Below are positions 1 through 11,724 of a stretch of 64,000 nt of DNA, piece after piece (within the stretch, counting starts at the first letter, position 1; the number at the start of each line of letters is the position of its first letter). Both the position numbers and the translations under genes were made by a program. Source of the stretch: Octopus sinensis. Lineage: Eukaryota. The stretch spans positions 46,562,001-46,626,000 of the forward strand of contig NC_043004.1 of the NCBI RefSeq assembly GCF_006345805.1. Reading direction: 5' to 3'. Under the pieces are notes generated by a model. That model ran no database searches. It was not told the origin of the DNA and was given only the letters and a program-made list of their open reading frames with translations.

Positions 1-387
1 AACTTTTAATATATGAATTGCTAATGGATGGGCTATTTATCTAGTGATACTAGTAAGGATTTGATATTTTGTGAGGCGATGCCATTGTTTATTCTTTTTT
101 TCTCAAGTGTCTTAGATTTGGACAATCTTAGGTATGAATCTGTTCACTTTAAAATCTTACTGATAACAAGGGGGTGCTTTATCGACGATTACTTTAAAGG
201 TGATTTGAATTTTGTCTTCCAGTGTTTCAAATAACATTTTATGGATTTTCACGAAATTGCATTTCAGTAAGCTGTCATTTCGGCTTCATACAGGATTGAG
301 CAAGCTAGTGCTTGCATCAAACGTGATATCATAATTGCTAATTATGATGAAGTTATTTTCTATGATAATTCTGAAAAGGAATTAGGA

Positions 388-779
388 GGAGGCGTAGGAG
401 TGGCTGTGTGGTAAGTAGCTTGCTTACGAACCACATGGTTCCGGGTTCAGTCCCACTGCGTGACACCTCGGGCAAGTGTCTTCTACTATAGCCTCGGGCC
501 TACCTAAGCCTTGTGAGTGGATTTGGTAGACGGAAACTAAAAGAAGCCCGTCGTCTATATGTATATATATATGTGTATGTTGGTGTGTTGTGTTTGCCCC
601 CCTCCCCCAACATCGCTCGACAACCAATGTTGGTGTGTTTACGTCCCCGTAACCTAGCGTATCGGCAGAAGAGACCGATAGAATAAGTACTACGCTTACA
701 AAGAATAAGTCCTGGGTTCGATCTCCTCGACCAAAAGGCGGTGCTCCAGCATGGCCACAGTCAAATGACTGAAACAAGT
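388..779 (+). mobile_element. tRNA-derived SINE, family A (full length, internal TA/TG microsatellite)
   Basis: Head GGAGTGGCTGTGTGGTAAGTAGCTTGC...GGTTCAGTCCCA (A/B-box-like) and tail ...GGTGCTCCAGCATGGCCACAGTCAAATGACTGAAACAAGT. The same sequence recurs at 3236, 6522, 44291, 55058 and 58940. Confidence 0.9.
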
Positions 780-1048
780 GAATGAGTAAATGAGGAAGTT
801 CGAATGCTTGGATTATACCTTTTCTCGGATGATCTAAACCATTCGATCCTATCTGCCTTTGTACTTAACATGTCTTAACTATACAGGCAAAACATAAAGG
901 AGGAGCTATTTTTGTTTAAGTCATCTAATATACATATCTATAATCATTTGACAGCTCAGATATCCGGTCTATCGAATGACTTTTTATTCATCGCACGAAT
1001 ACACATGGGTTATGTCTTTTGTCCTAAGATTAGGTCATATCTAAAAGC

Positions 1049-1466
1049 GGATCTTTTCGGTTTGAACGGCAGTTTTTAACATAATTTCTAGGTAACTAAG
1101 AAATTTTAAACTTCGTAAACTGGTAGAATGTGTTTATAAAACATCTTTTTCTCTTGGCTCTATTGAGAAAATTCTATAGTTTGTAAGATATTTGTTTTTT
1201 TCTTCAATTTCTGTAATTTCAACCAATCACTGACGTCCATTGAGGTAAACAACATACTGTGCCGTATGAATATGTCCCTCGTTTAAGAAACAGATTGGGT
1301 ATATTTACATTTGTGAAGAAAAAAAGATACCCTCCCCCCACCCCTAACACTAACCCTAACCCTAAAATAGATTGAAATGCAATAGATCGATACTAGGGTC
1401 ATAATTATGGGTGACAATTTTATATGACACCGCTAGAAAAAGCTGCCGTTCAAACCGAAAAGATCC
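1049..1466. mobile_element. Non-autonomous DNA transposon (MITE), Merlin-like termini
   Basis: TIR of about 29 bp (GGATCTTTTCGGTTTGAACGGCAG) at both ends. Perfect 8-bp TSD CTAAAAGC at 1041-1048 and 1467-1474. No ORF. Confidence 0.9.
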
Positions 1467-2465
1467 CTAAAAGCAGTCTCTTATGAACGTGCTTTGCGAT
1501 TCTTATCTTCTTGTAATTTATACTGTAGCGTTCAGAAAAGCTTGTAAATTGCTGAATAACTCATTTGTCTTTGATGAATACTTATTTAGAATAACAAAAT
1601 AGGTAAACCAAAACTCTGATTTCATTAGAGATTATATCACAACAAGGTACGATTCGATTAATATTAGTTAAATGAGAAAGGTCTGTATCTACTACTATAT
1701 TGTTAATAATTTTCCATCGAATAATCTTGCTAACTAGATCGATCTCACACCTAACAAGGTTTAATAAACTATATTTCAGGTTAAAAGCAAAGTTAATACG
1801 ATATCTAAATATTATATAATCGTTAAGTTTAAATTATGTCTTTCTTCTGTCACCTATATTTGTGCTCCGAAATACATCGCTTTCTTCTCAAAGACATTAG
1901 TATTACGTTATTATTGTGCAGCGAAGTGAATAGACATACACGCTTATAGGCACACATACTCATAAAGCCATATATTTACATATCTATATCTGTGTACATA
2001 TGCATATGTATACACATATACGATTGTGTATATGAAGGTAGAATAAAGGTCTGTCTGCAAATTATATGTGTGTGTGTTTGTGTGTGCGCGTATCTGTAAA
2101 TGGGTATGTGTATGGGTATGTATCTCTGTATGTGTTGATCGAGTGTATATATCTCCAAAACTCTATATTTGTAGACTTGCGTGTATTAGAGCATACATGA
2201 TGGTAAAACATTTTTCAGCTTTTCTTATTTCTAGATCGCATTAATTGACTTGTACTGGTTTATTTCAAATGACTTATTTCAAATTGCGTAAATAACCAAA
2301 CGAGTAGTAATAAATAAGTGAAACTGAATCGAAGCGTGTGTTTAGTATTGGCATAATGACCCTTCCGAGACACAATCAAGATTTGTTTTAAGACACATGT
2401 GCACATCGAGAATCTTGCAGACCAAATTCAAAAGCGATGTGTGTGTGTGTTTATATATATATATA

Positions 2466-2764
2466 TCACCGTGGCCACCGTGACACACCAGGCTATCAGA
2501 CGTTGCTACACATCGCTGCTCACAATGCGCTTCGCGTTGTTTTAGCCTTCAAATGACGCCACCCCACGGGCTAAGCGAGCAGGCCAACAGAAGAAAGAGT
2601 GAGAGAAAGTTGCGAAAGAGTACAGCAGGGACCGCTAACACCCCCTGTCGTGAAGCGTTAGGTGTTTTCCCTCAATAAACACTCACAACGCCCTGTCTGG
2701 GAATCAAAACCGCGATCCTATGACTGCGAGTCCGCTGCCCTAACCACTGGGCCATTGCCTCCAC
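2466..2764 (-). mobile_element. tRNA-derived SINE, family B
   Basis: Reverse complement begins GTGGAGGCAATGGCCCAGTGGTTAGGGCAGCGGACTCGC (tRNA-like head). Near-identical body at 19351-19568. Confidence 0.85.
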
Positions 2765-2765
2765 A

Positions 2766-2849
<84 letters not shown>

Positions 2850-2883
2850 GCGTGTGTGTGTGTGTGTATATATATATAATCAT

Positions 2884-3064
2884 AATTAGGGTTCAGCTAA
2901 TTGCTTTAACACACCGAATTTAGAAAGAGGAGTTAAACATTCCTTTTCTACTACTGTAAAAATCTCCATGACAGTAACACATTTTTTTACATTAGTAGAA
3001 AAGGAATTTTTAACTCCTATTTCTAATTTTGGTATGTGTGGAAGCAATTAGCTGAAACCTAATT
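2884..3064. mobile_element. Palindromic (fold-back) MITE of about 180 bp
   Basis: Arms 2884-2962 and about 2984-3064 are diverged reverse complements around a loop of about 20 nt. Ends lie in a TA/AATT context. Confidence 0.75.
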
Positions 3065-3235
3065 AAAATTATGTTGATAATTATTAAATATTTGTATAAT
3101 TTTACCTATAAAGTTTATTTTAACGTACCGATCTACTTGGTAAAATTACTAATTGATTAATTAATTAATTAAATAAATTGATTAATTTTACCATTTTATT
3201 ATTAATGTAAAATTATATATATATATATTCTTATT

Positions 3236-3622
3236 TTTGTTTCAATAATTTAACTGCGGCCATGCTGGTGCATAAGCTTTAGTCGAGCAAACCAGCCCCA
3301 GGACTTATTCTTTGTAAGCCCAGCACTTGTTCTATTGTTCGCTTTCGCCGAACTGCTAGATGACGGGGACGTAAACACATCAGCATCAGTTGTCAAGCGA
3401 TGTTGGGGGGACAAATACAAACACATACGCGCGCACACACACACAAACACACACACACACATTTATATATCTATACGACTGGCTTCTTTCAGTTTCCCTC
3501 TACCGAATCCACTCAAAACACTTTGGTCGGCCTGAGTAGAAGGGACTTGCCCAAGATGCCGCGCGGTAGGAGTGAACCGGAGACCATGTGGTTGGTAACC
3601 ATCTACCTACCACACAACCACT
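3236..3622 (-). mobile_element. SINE family A, full length, diverged
   Basis: Reverse complement aligns by eye with 388-779 along its length, including the internal (CA)n. Confidence 0.85.
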
Positions 3623-3802
3623 GAATATATACACATATATATGTACATATATGTATATATATATATATCTTTATATATGAATATGTGTGCGTGTGTTTAA
3701 TATATATATATACATACATATACTTATATCAACACATATATATTATGTTAGTATATATGAATATATGTGCGTGTGTTTAATATATATACATATATATATA
3801 TA

Positions 3803-4682
3803 TTTAGCAATTAAGGACAACTACTTAATAAGGAAAACTTAACAAGAAATTGTCATGTAGATAGCGTAAAAACCTCAGAAGAGAAAAAATTTCGAAAATA
3901 ATTATTTCTTATTGAACATATTAATTTATATATAGAGGGCATTATACATACATGCCAGAAGGCATTATACATACATGCCAAACGCTAAGAGGGACAATTA
4001 GTAATTTCTACCAAAAATATTACTAATCCCACCGAATGCAATTTTTCAAAGTAAGACATTTAAAAAAATATACCTGTATCACAGTGATTTCATACTTACG
4101 TACTCATCAGCAGGCCTGAATGTATTATAAATAAACAACGACCCTGCCCCGCTTAAGCCGATCAGCTAACTGCTCAACATCAACGAAGCACATGGGTGAG
4201 TTACATATATTACATCCGGATAAATGGCAAACTTTTACGAATTGCATTTCGGGAGAGGAAAAAGTTTTTTCGGAATAAAATTTAGCAATTAAGGACAACT
4301 ACTTAATAAGAAAAATTAACAAGAAATTGTCAGGTAGATAGCGTAAAAACCTCATAAGAGAAAAAATTTCGAAAATAATTATTTCTTATTGAACATATTA
4401 ATTTATATATAGAGGGCATTATACATACATGCCAGAAGGCATTATACATACATGCCAAACGCTAAGAGGGACAATTAGTCATTTCTACCAGAAATATTAC
4501 TAATCCCACCGAATGCAATTTTTCAAAGTAAGACATTTAAAAAAATATAGACCTGTATCACAGTGATTTCATACTTTGAAAAATTGCATTCGGTGGGATT
4601 AGTAATATTTTTGGTAGAAATGACTAATTGTCCCTCTTAGCGTTTGGCATGTATGTATAATGCCTTCTGGCATGTATGTATA

Positions 4683-4687
<5 letters not shown>
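3803..4687 (-). mobile_element. Hammerhead-bearing tandem repeat (Penelope-like pseudo-LTR or retrozyme) with terminal inversion
   Basis: Direct repeat 3803-4097 / 4281-4575 (period about 479 bp), HHR at 4073-4114, inverted copy 4572-4687 of 4415-4530, (TA)n on both flanks. Confidence 0.75.
4073..4114 (-). ncRNA. Type I hammerhead ribozyme
   Basis: Minus strand reads CCUG CUGAUGA GUAC GUAA GUAU GAAA UCA CUG UGA UA CAGG: intact core, stems I-III, AUA cleavage triplet. Confidence 0.85.
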
Positions 4688-4721
<34 letters not shown>

Positions 4722-4916
4722 GTGTGTACGTGTTGAATTTATTGAGACAACAAAGCCAAAGCAGTGTTAAATTTCAAGGACATTTATAGAGAGAAAGATC
4801 GCCAAACAACTGTTTCAGAGACACAAAAGTTATCCCATCACAAGAGACGAGTTGAGAGAGTTAAATAGAAAAGAATAGTAGAGTACAATATGAGTTATAT
4901 ATATATATATATATAT

Positions 4917-5278
4917 AAACTGGGACAAGAACGGAAAACGTTTAGGAGAGGATACAAAAAACACGGACGGGACATTCGAAGCCTTCAATCATCAGTCAAG
5001 AACCGGATCATCGTCGCAATTTCTGCTGATTAATCTTGAGATTGATCCAATCTGGCCAGCCCCAAGGAAAAACTAAGCCAAGCGCATTAGATTCCTTGAA
5101 AGAAAGTTTCGAATGTATACAAAACAAGGACGGAAAAACGGACGATGTTACACGAATATGAATACAAAAATAATACGTAAAAGCAGTTACAATAATACGT
5201 AGAAACAATAATGATAATAAAATAACAATAAGAGGACATCTCAAACAGGCGTCTTTCGACTAGACGAATTAAGCTCAT
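4917..5278. repeat. Probable short interspersed repeat embedded in (TA)n, family unassigned
   Basis: Complex sequence bounded on both sides by (TA)n, like the HHR elements. CTGATGA on the minus strand near 4989-4995 but no canonical fold. Confidence 0.3.
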
Positions 5279-5441
5279 ATATATATATATTTAGCTATCG
5301 ACGTCTGAGATTCCTCACAGATGGTAACTCCGAACGAACTGGGTGTTTTCACTCGGGAATTTTTCTCCACCGTAACTACAGTTTATTTGCCGTTGAAATA
5401 TGTTTATTTCAACTAGCGTTATATATATGTATATATGTATA

Positions 5442-5490
<49 letters not shown>

Positions 5491-5546
5491 TATATATATA
5501 TATATTCATACACCATATATATATGTTATATATCTATATGTATATA

Positions 5547-5599
<53 letters not shown>

Positions 5600-6170
5600 T
5601 GTGTGTGTGTGTGTGGTGTGTATGTGCGTGTGATGTGTGTGTGTGTGTGTGCATCTATGTATCTATGTATGCGGGGGAGTGAATTATAAACAAGGTGTAA
5701 GCTATGAATTATATCTAATATTTTCATTCATTTATTGATGTTTAGCAGACATCAAATTGTCGGAAAAAATCAACAAAACCTTCTCGAAGCACACACCTCA
5801 TACACATGAAGACTTTTGTACAAGTACGTATATAATTTTCAAGACTTATCATTTGTACATAACATATACCCATTCAGAAATTAGTTAGATGCGCATTTAT
5901 CAACTTTTACTGCTGCGAAATGACGTTTGCATATTAAAACCATATTTTGACACCAGCACAAAATTTGTCAATACGTTCACTGCACCATGAAATTGTGAAA
6001 ATGAAATGAATTTTCAGCCTATATACCCACAAGCAGGCACACATATGTACATTGATTGATAGATAGGTCAACAGACAGATGTATAGATGTATATCTGAAC
6101 ACTTATGTACACTAAAACACACATATACAGATACATAAGTATTCACAAATATACATGCACGGATATAGTG

Positions 6171-6203
<33 letters not shown>

Positions 6204-6473
6204 TATATATATATAATATATATATATGTGTGTTGTGTGTGTGTGTGTGTATTATATATACACGCACACACACATAGATATACGAATATGAGTGTGTTGA
6301 AGGGGTGAACAAAATCCAATGAATGAAATTATTAAAATAATAAAACAAAGACGCCTCTAAATATATGCGTACCGTGGTAGTTGTTTATATTTATGAAACT
6401 GTTGTATATAAGTATATATTGGCATGTGTGTATGTATGTGTACGTACACACACACATAATATATATATATATA

Positions 6474-6521
<48 letters not shown>

Positions 6522-6523
<2 letters not shown>

Positions 6524-6689
6524 TACGACGGGTTTCTTTCAGTTTCCGTCTACCAAATCCACTCACAAGGCTTTGGTCGGCGTGAGGCTATAGTAGAAGA
6601 CACTTACCAAAGGTTCCACGCAGTGGGACTGAACCCGGAATCATGGGGTTGTTAAGCAAGCTACCTACCACACAGCTACTCCTACGCCT
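6522..6689 (-). mobile_element. SINE family A, 5' half
   Basis: Matches the head half of 388-779 and ends in (TA)n. Confidence 0.85.
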
Positions 6690-6904
6690 AGAATCGTTAG
6701 CACGCCGGGCGAAATGCGTAGCCTGATTTCGTCTGCCGTTACGTTCTGCGTTCAAATTCCGCCGAGGTCGACTTTGCATTTCATCCTTTCGGGGTCGATA
6801 AATAAAGAACTATTTGCGCACTGGGGCCGATGTAATCGACTTAATCCCTTTGTCTGTCTTTGTTTGTGCCCTCTATGTTTAGCCTTGTGGGCAATAAAGA
6901 AATA
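6690..6904 (+). mobile_element. tRNA-derived SINE, family C (central GTCGACTTTGCCTTTCATCCTTTCGGGGTCGATAAA domain, Deu/Nin-like)
   Basis: Same sequence recurs at 17999, 18693, 42477, 42640 and 50804. The Deu/Nin domain label is from recall, not from a search. Confidence 0.85.
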
Positions 6905-6915
6905 TATATATATAA

Positions 6916-7004
<89 letters not shown>

Positions 7005-9423
7005 AGAGAGAGATTATTGTGTGTGTGCGTGTGTGCTAGTGTTTTCTTATGCTCGTGAGTATGTTTGCGCACTGGCATGAGCTATTCGCATTTCCTTGGT
7101 TATACTGGTACTCTGTATCTCAAGAGTGGTGTCGCTTTCATTTGATACATCTGTCTTTTTCTGAGAAAATTTACGACGGTGCATTAGTGCATGTGTTGGT
7201 TATGTAGGTAATATTAGAAACAGAAAGTCGAAATCGTTACATTTATATCTATTTAAGGGTGTGAGTATAAGTAACTTTATGGCAACTATTCCGGATTCTT
7301 GGAAGGCATCCATTTACGAAGTTTTGGCAACGATAATATGTGTTTAAATAGAAAATAACTACAGGCAATATAACGATAGGATTTCTATAAGTATCGATTT
7401 GCATTTGTACAATTTGACAAATAATGACGTTACTTTAATTACAGCAATCTATCGAATTGCGAGTTGATTAATATTATTCTCTCTGTGGAATGCTGCCAAA
7501 CTAGGAAAAGAGAACGTTCAGATTGTTGTACCACAAATAACAGTATTAAATTCAGACTTGTCTTAAGGAAAGACAGCAGTAGAGATAACTAGATAAGAGG
7601 GTAATCTTCGTATTACATATCAGCTAGAAAGACAGGTTAATGTTACCTATAAACAAATGTAAGATGCATTCGTACGTAACAATCCAATCCAATCACTTGC
7701 TCTTTCTCATCAAAAATAAAAAAAATAAAAGTAATGCGTTCAAATACTAAGTTGATTAGACATATTTCACTAGTTATTCAGCTTTACCGCTTCCATATCT
7801 GACAGAATAAATTTTGGTAATAGCAAATTAAATAGTTTCTGGTAGAAATCCAAACAACACATGTGTTGTATGTTCGACAAGATTTTTCCTTTGGTTTTAT
7901 ATATTTTCTGTTCGATACATATAAGATATACTGATAATTTGAGATAGATAAGGATAACTGCGTTTTGCAAATAATATAGCACACTGCATAAGATATCCTT
8001 TAATGTAACTTCAAAATTTCGCGTTCAGATCCTAGTACAATCAAAGATACAGTCGTCTTATTTCATATTTAGCAAATGTAGTAATAGCAACAAAGTAGCA
8101 GCGTTTTTACCTGAGATTTGCTGTTTTCTAGCCCCAAATTCGAGCCAGCCAGGAAGATTTATTAGCGAAGATGTTCCATTGAACCTACCATTTGTTTATA
8201 GATATTGAGTGTATAAGACCGACGCCAGAATATCAATGGAATGATATTTGGGTGTTATTTTTAACTGATCGATTTAAACTTCAACGACTCCACAGTTGGA
8301 TCTTCCATCTACTCTCTTTTCCAAGACGCATGTAAATTATGTTCGCAAAGCTAAAACAGAAACAAATATCCCTCACACATTTCACATTGAGTTCATAACG
8401 ATGTTTTATTAATACGTTTTAATCGTTTGTCAAAGGCTTTCAGAATGCATTTTCTTAATGTTTCCACTATGACTGCAAGTATATGTAAATAGCTCAATGT
8501 AACTGATTCCTAAGAAGTGTAACAGTGTATGCAAACCTACGTTTAATATCAAGCATGTAAACGAGAATTACTCGTGATGCAGATGCATTTATTTATTTCT
8601 GGTTAAGGTTCCAACGTATTACCACAAATTTTATCAAACGATTTATGAACATCAGATGAGTTTGACAATAGCTTGCACATATTTTTGTCCATACATACAA
8701 TTACTTGAACGCCACACAATTACAAATTCCCGATAACTGAGCAAGTAGGCCAGTTTCATAGGCACTCGACTATCTTACATCTACGAGAAAAGACATGTTA
8801 ACTTAAGTTTATTGATTTTCAAGACGGAAAATTGGAATAAAGAAAAGCATGTTGTGAATATCCATTGAGCTAATGCGACATTTTGCATTAATGGTTCTCA
8901 ATAGTTCTTTCTCGTACGCATTAATGCTCCTAATATAAGCAAAAAGGGAAAAGTACAAACGACGTGCAGTTTTGTATAATATTGTTAGTAACCAAATTGT
9001 ATCTAGCAGTATTTATTAAATATTCTAAAGAATATTTAATAATATAATGCAACATCAGGTGCTATATCATTTAGATTCTTTTGCAACAAAGTGCTAAATA
9101 TTAAGTTTCACATCACTCAATGTATGTTAGAACTAGGTCACAAAGCACACAGTTCATTAGCATTTCGATAGCTATTATAAGGATGTAATTTATGATAGAA
9201 GCTCTTACCTTCTACAACTGTTCAAATCTAAATGATGAGATTTTCCATTTGAATAGTGTGCCATTAATAACTCACTGTATGAGAATTCTTATCCTTATAT
9301 CAGCAATTAATAAATATGAGTGTTATTTACTTTAACATTAACTAAAATCACGAATCTTTTGAAAAATGATCGGAAGTTGTGTTCTTTGTGGATTAGTTAA
9401 TATATGAATATAAATATAAATAG

Positions 9424-9799
9424 CTAGCACTGTGATCCGGCAACGCCGGGTCATAGTGAAAGTGCATGCATATACAGCTGCGTGTATGCGTGCGCACATA
9501 TACGCGAGTACTGTCCAAATCTCTTACCAATCACATACAGCTAGCTGGCATTCAGTTGGCGTATCAAGTTTCAGGCATTTTGATTGGGTTTTGGATAGAA
9601 AATTCACAAAATAGTCACTTCTACTGATTTTTTAATGGCTTTGCAGGGGGACTGGGGAAATGTAAAGATGTGCACAACCACCCTTGGACGGTTTTGAATG
9701 ACCATAGAAAATGCGATCCCTCTAACTGAAAAATTGTGGATTTGTATAAAGGATACATACACACACAGACAGACATTTTGCCGTTTATATATAGAGAGA
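9424..9799 (-). mobile_element. Non-autonomous Helitron
   Basis: Minus strand starts A|TCTCTCTATATATAAACGGC and ends in a GC-rich hairpin (9428-9458) followed by CTAG. No TIR or TSD. Confidence 0.7.
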
Positions 9800-10790
9800 T
9801 GAGTTGCTCTACACTGAAGGGAAAGAATATTTTGTTTCTGGTGGAAAACATTCTCTGTTGCCCTAAGTGTTTTCTACCTTTCTTAGAACATAGCGTACAT
9901 TCCCCATTGCATCGAAATCGTTTTGTTTCATACATACAATATTTTGTACTGTGCAGCCTCGTGTTCGTTCGCAATTTATTTTCTTTTGAAAAGATCAGTT
10001 ATTGGTTAATGGTTTCAACGGTTTGAGTTGCAGTATGATGGCATGTATTGTCGTGCAACAACAAAACTTACTTCGACATTAGGCATTGATATTTGGTGCA
10101 AATTGCTGGCCAGCAAAGCACTATACTTTGCACTGCTTATTGTACACCTCCTTCCAGGTAGTCTTCTACTACAAGCCCTTCTGAGTCCCCAAAAGGGTTA
10201 GTATCACCTTTCTCGCGGTAGACTGTGTTGGAATTTCTTCATCATTTGAATTCTGCCTTATAATGATGGAGTAAAAAATTATAGTTACGTATTTCAAGAA
10301 AACATCTTATTTATAAAATATGTTTTGATTTATCAAGGTTTCCATTTTAAACACCCTTCATGTTCTATAGCTACGAGGGGAAGTCAAATATTATCCGCAC
10401 GCTCACCATAACATCTTTATCATTGTCACACTGCCTTTTGCGCATGCGTGCTTATAGTTGGTACTATTGTGATTACGTGATCGAGATTTGAGGCTGATCG
10501 CACCACTTTTATTTCTGGCTTTGCAGTGTAAGCATGGCTGCTCCACTCGCAATGAGCACCATAGAAGAACAAAGAGCAGTGGTACGATTTCTCTGGTCGG
10601 AAAGTGTGTCAGGTGCTGAACTTCATCGGAGGCTTTTAACACAATACGGGAACAGTGTACTACGGCGTAGAAGTGTGTATGAGTGGATCAAAAAATTTTT
10701 AAGTGGCCGGAAGAGCGTGGCGCACGAAAAGAAGCATGGCGCCCGTCACCCTGCACCACTAACGAGAAGATCCAGCAAGCTCGAATGTTG

Positions 10791-11097
10791 ATGATGTTTG
10801 TTCCTTCTCGAGCCATGTCTGGCTCATAAGGTCCGGTTTCCCGGTTTCTTGGCGTATAGGTTCCCCTACCTGGACGGGACGCCGGTCCGTCGCAGGTGAG
10901 CTCCAAAGTGCAGGAGGGAAGTGTGAGAGAAAGTTGTGGCGAAAAGTCAGCAGAAGTTCGCCATTACCTTCTGCCGGAGCCGCGTGGAGCTTAGATGTTT
11001 TCGCTCATAAACCCAAACATCACCCGGTCTGAGATTCGAACACGCGATCCCTCGGCCGCGAGTCCGCTGCTCTAACCACTAGGCCATGTACCTCCAC
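10791..11097 (-). mobile_element. tRNA-derived SINE (family B-type head) nested in the mariner
   Basis: Reverse complement begins GTGGAGGTACATGGCCTAGTGGTTAGAGCAGCGGACTCGCGG and has a (CAA/CAT)n tail. Mariner sequence resumes on both sides, with a degenerate TSD of about 11 bp. Confidence 0.85.
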
Positions 11098-11440
11098 TCA
11101 GAGTTGGTAATGGGGAATCGGCGAGTTATCATCGATGTGGTAGCCCGTTCTCTGCAGATTAGACAAGATTGTGTCTATCAAATCATCCACGATGAGCTAG
11201 GTTTCCATAAAGTCTGTGCAAGATGGTTGCGAAGAGAGCTTACTGCAGAGCACAAGCGCAAACGTCTTGTGGTTTGCCAACGTTTACCTGATCGCTACAA
11301 CAATGATGGCGAGGAATATTTGAGTGGAATAGTCACAGGATATCAAACGTGGGTCCACCATTATAAGGTAGAATTCAAAAGATGAAGAAATTCCAACACA
11401 GCCTTCCGCGAGAAAGGTGTTAGTAAGCCTTCTTGTATAT

Positions 11441-11724
11441 ACTCATATACAATTCTACATTGTTATATTACAGTAATGAGTGTTTTTTTTTTCCGATGAA
11501 ATGTGAAAACGTACCATCTGTTTAGATCATTACATATTTTCATTATATATATGGCAGAGGGAACATATTTTGTATAGCGACTGCAATTAATACAACCTAT
11601 CTACATATTATAGCCTTGTCGCAAACAGGGGAGACAGAACCTTCGTGGACGTCCAGCGATTTATTTATAGTAACATTTGACAGAGCAGGTCGTGACACAA
11701 TATGTATCACTGATTCTACCGAAG
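11441..11724 (-). repeat. 284-bp inverted copy of 12421-12704
   Basis: Reverse complement matches 12421-12704 with about 7 differences counted by eye. Confidence 0.95.

Noticed and set aside
1-330. Possible LINE RT remnant on the minus strand (KILK*TDSYL...KRINNGIASQ)
   Set aside because: Resemblance needs several frameshifts and stops and cannot be supported without a profile search.
4960-5000. CTGATGA...GAA hammerhead-like motif on the minus strand
   Set aside because: No GAAA/UH junction and no stem I pairing.
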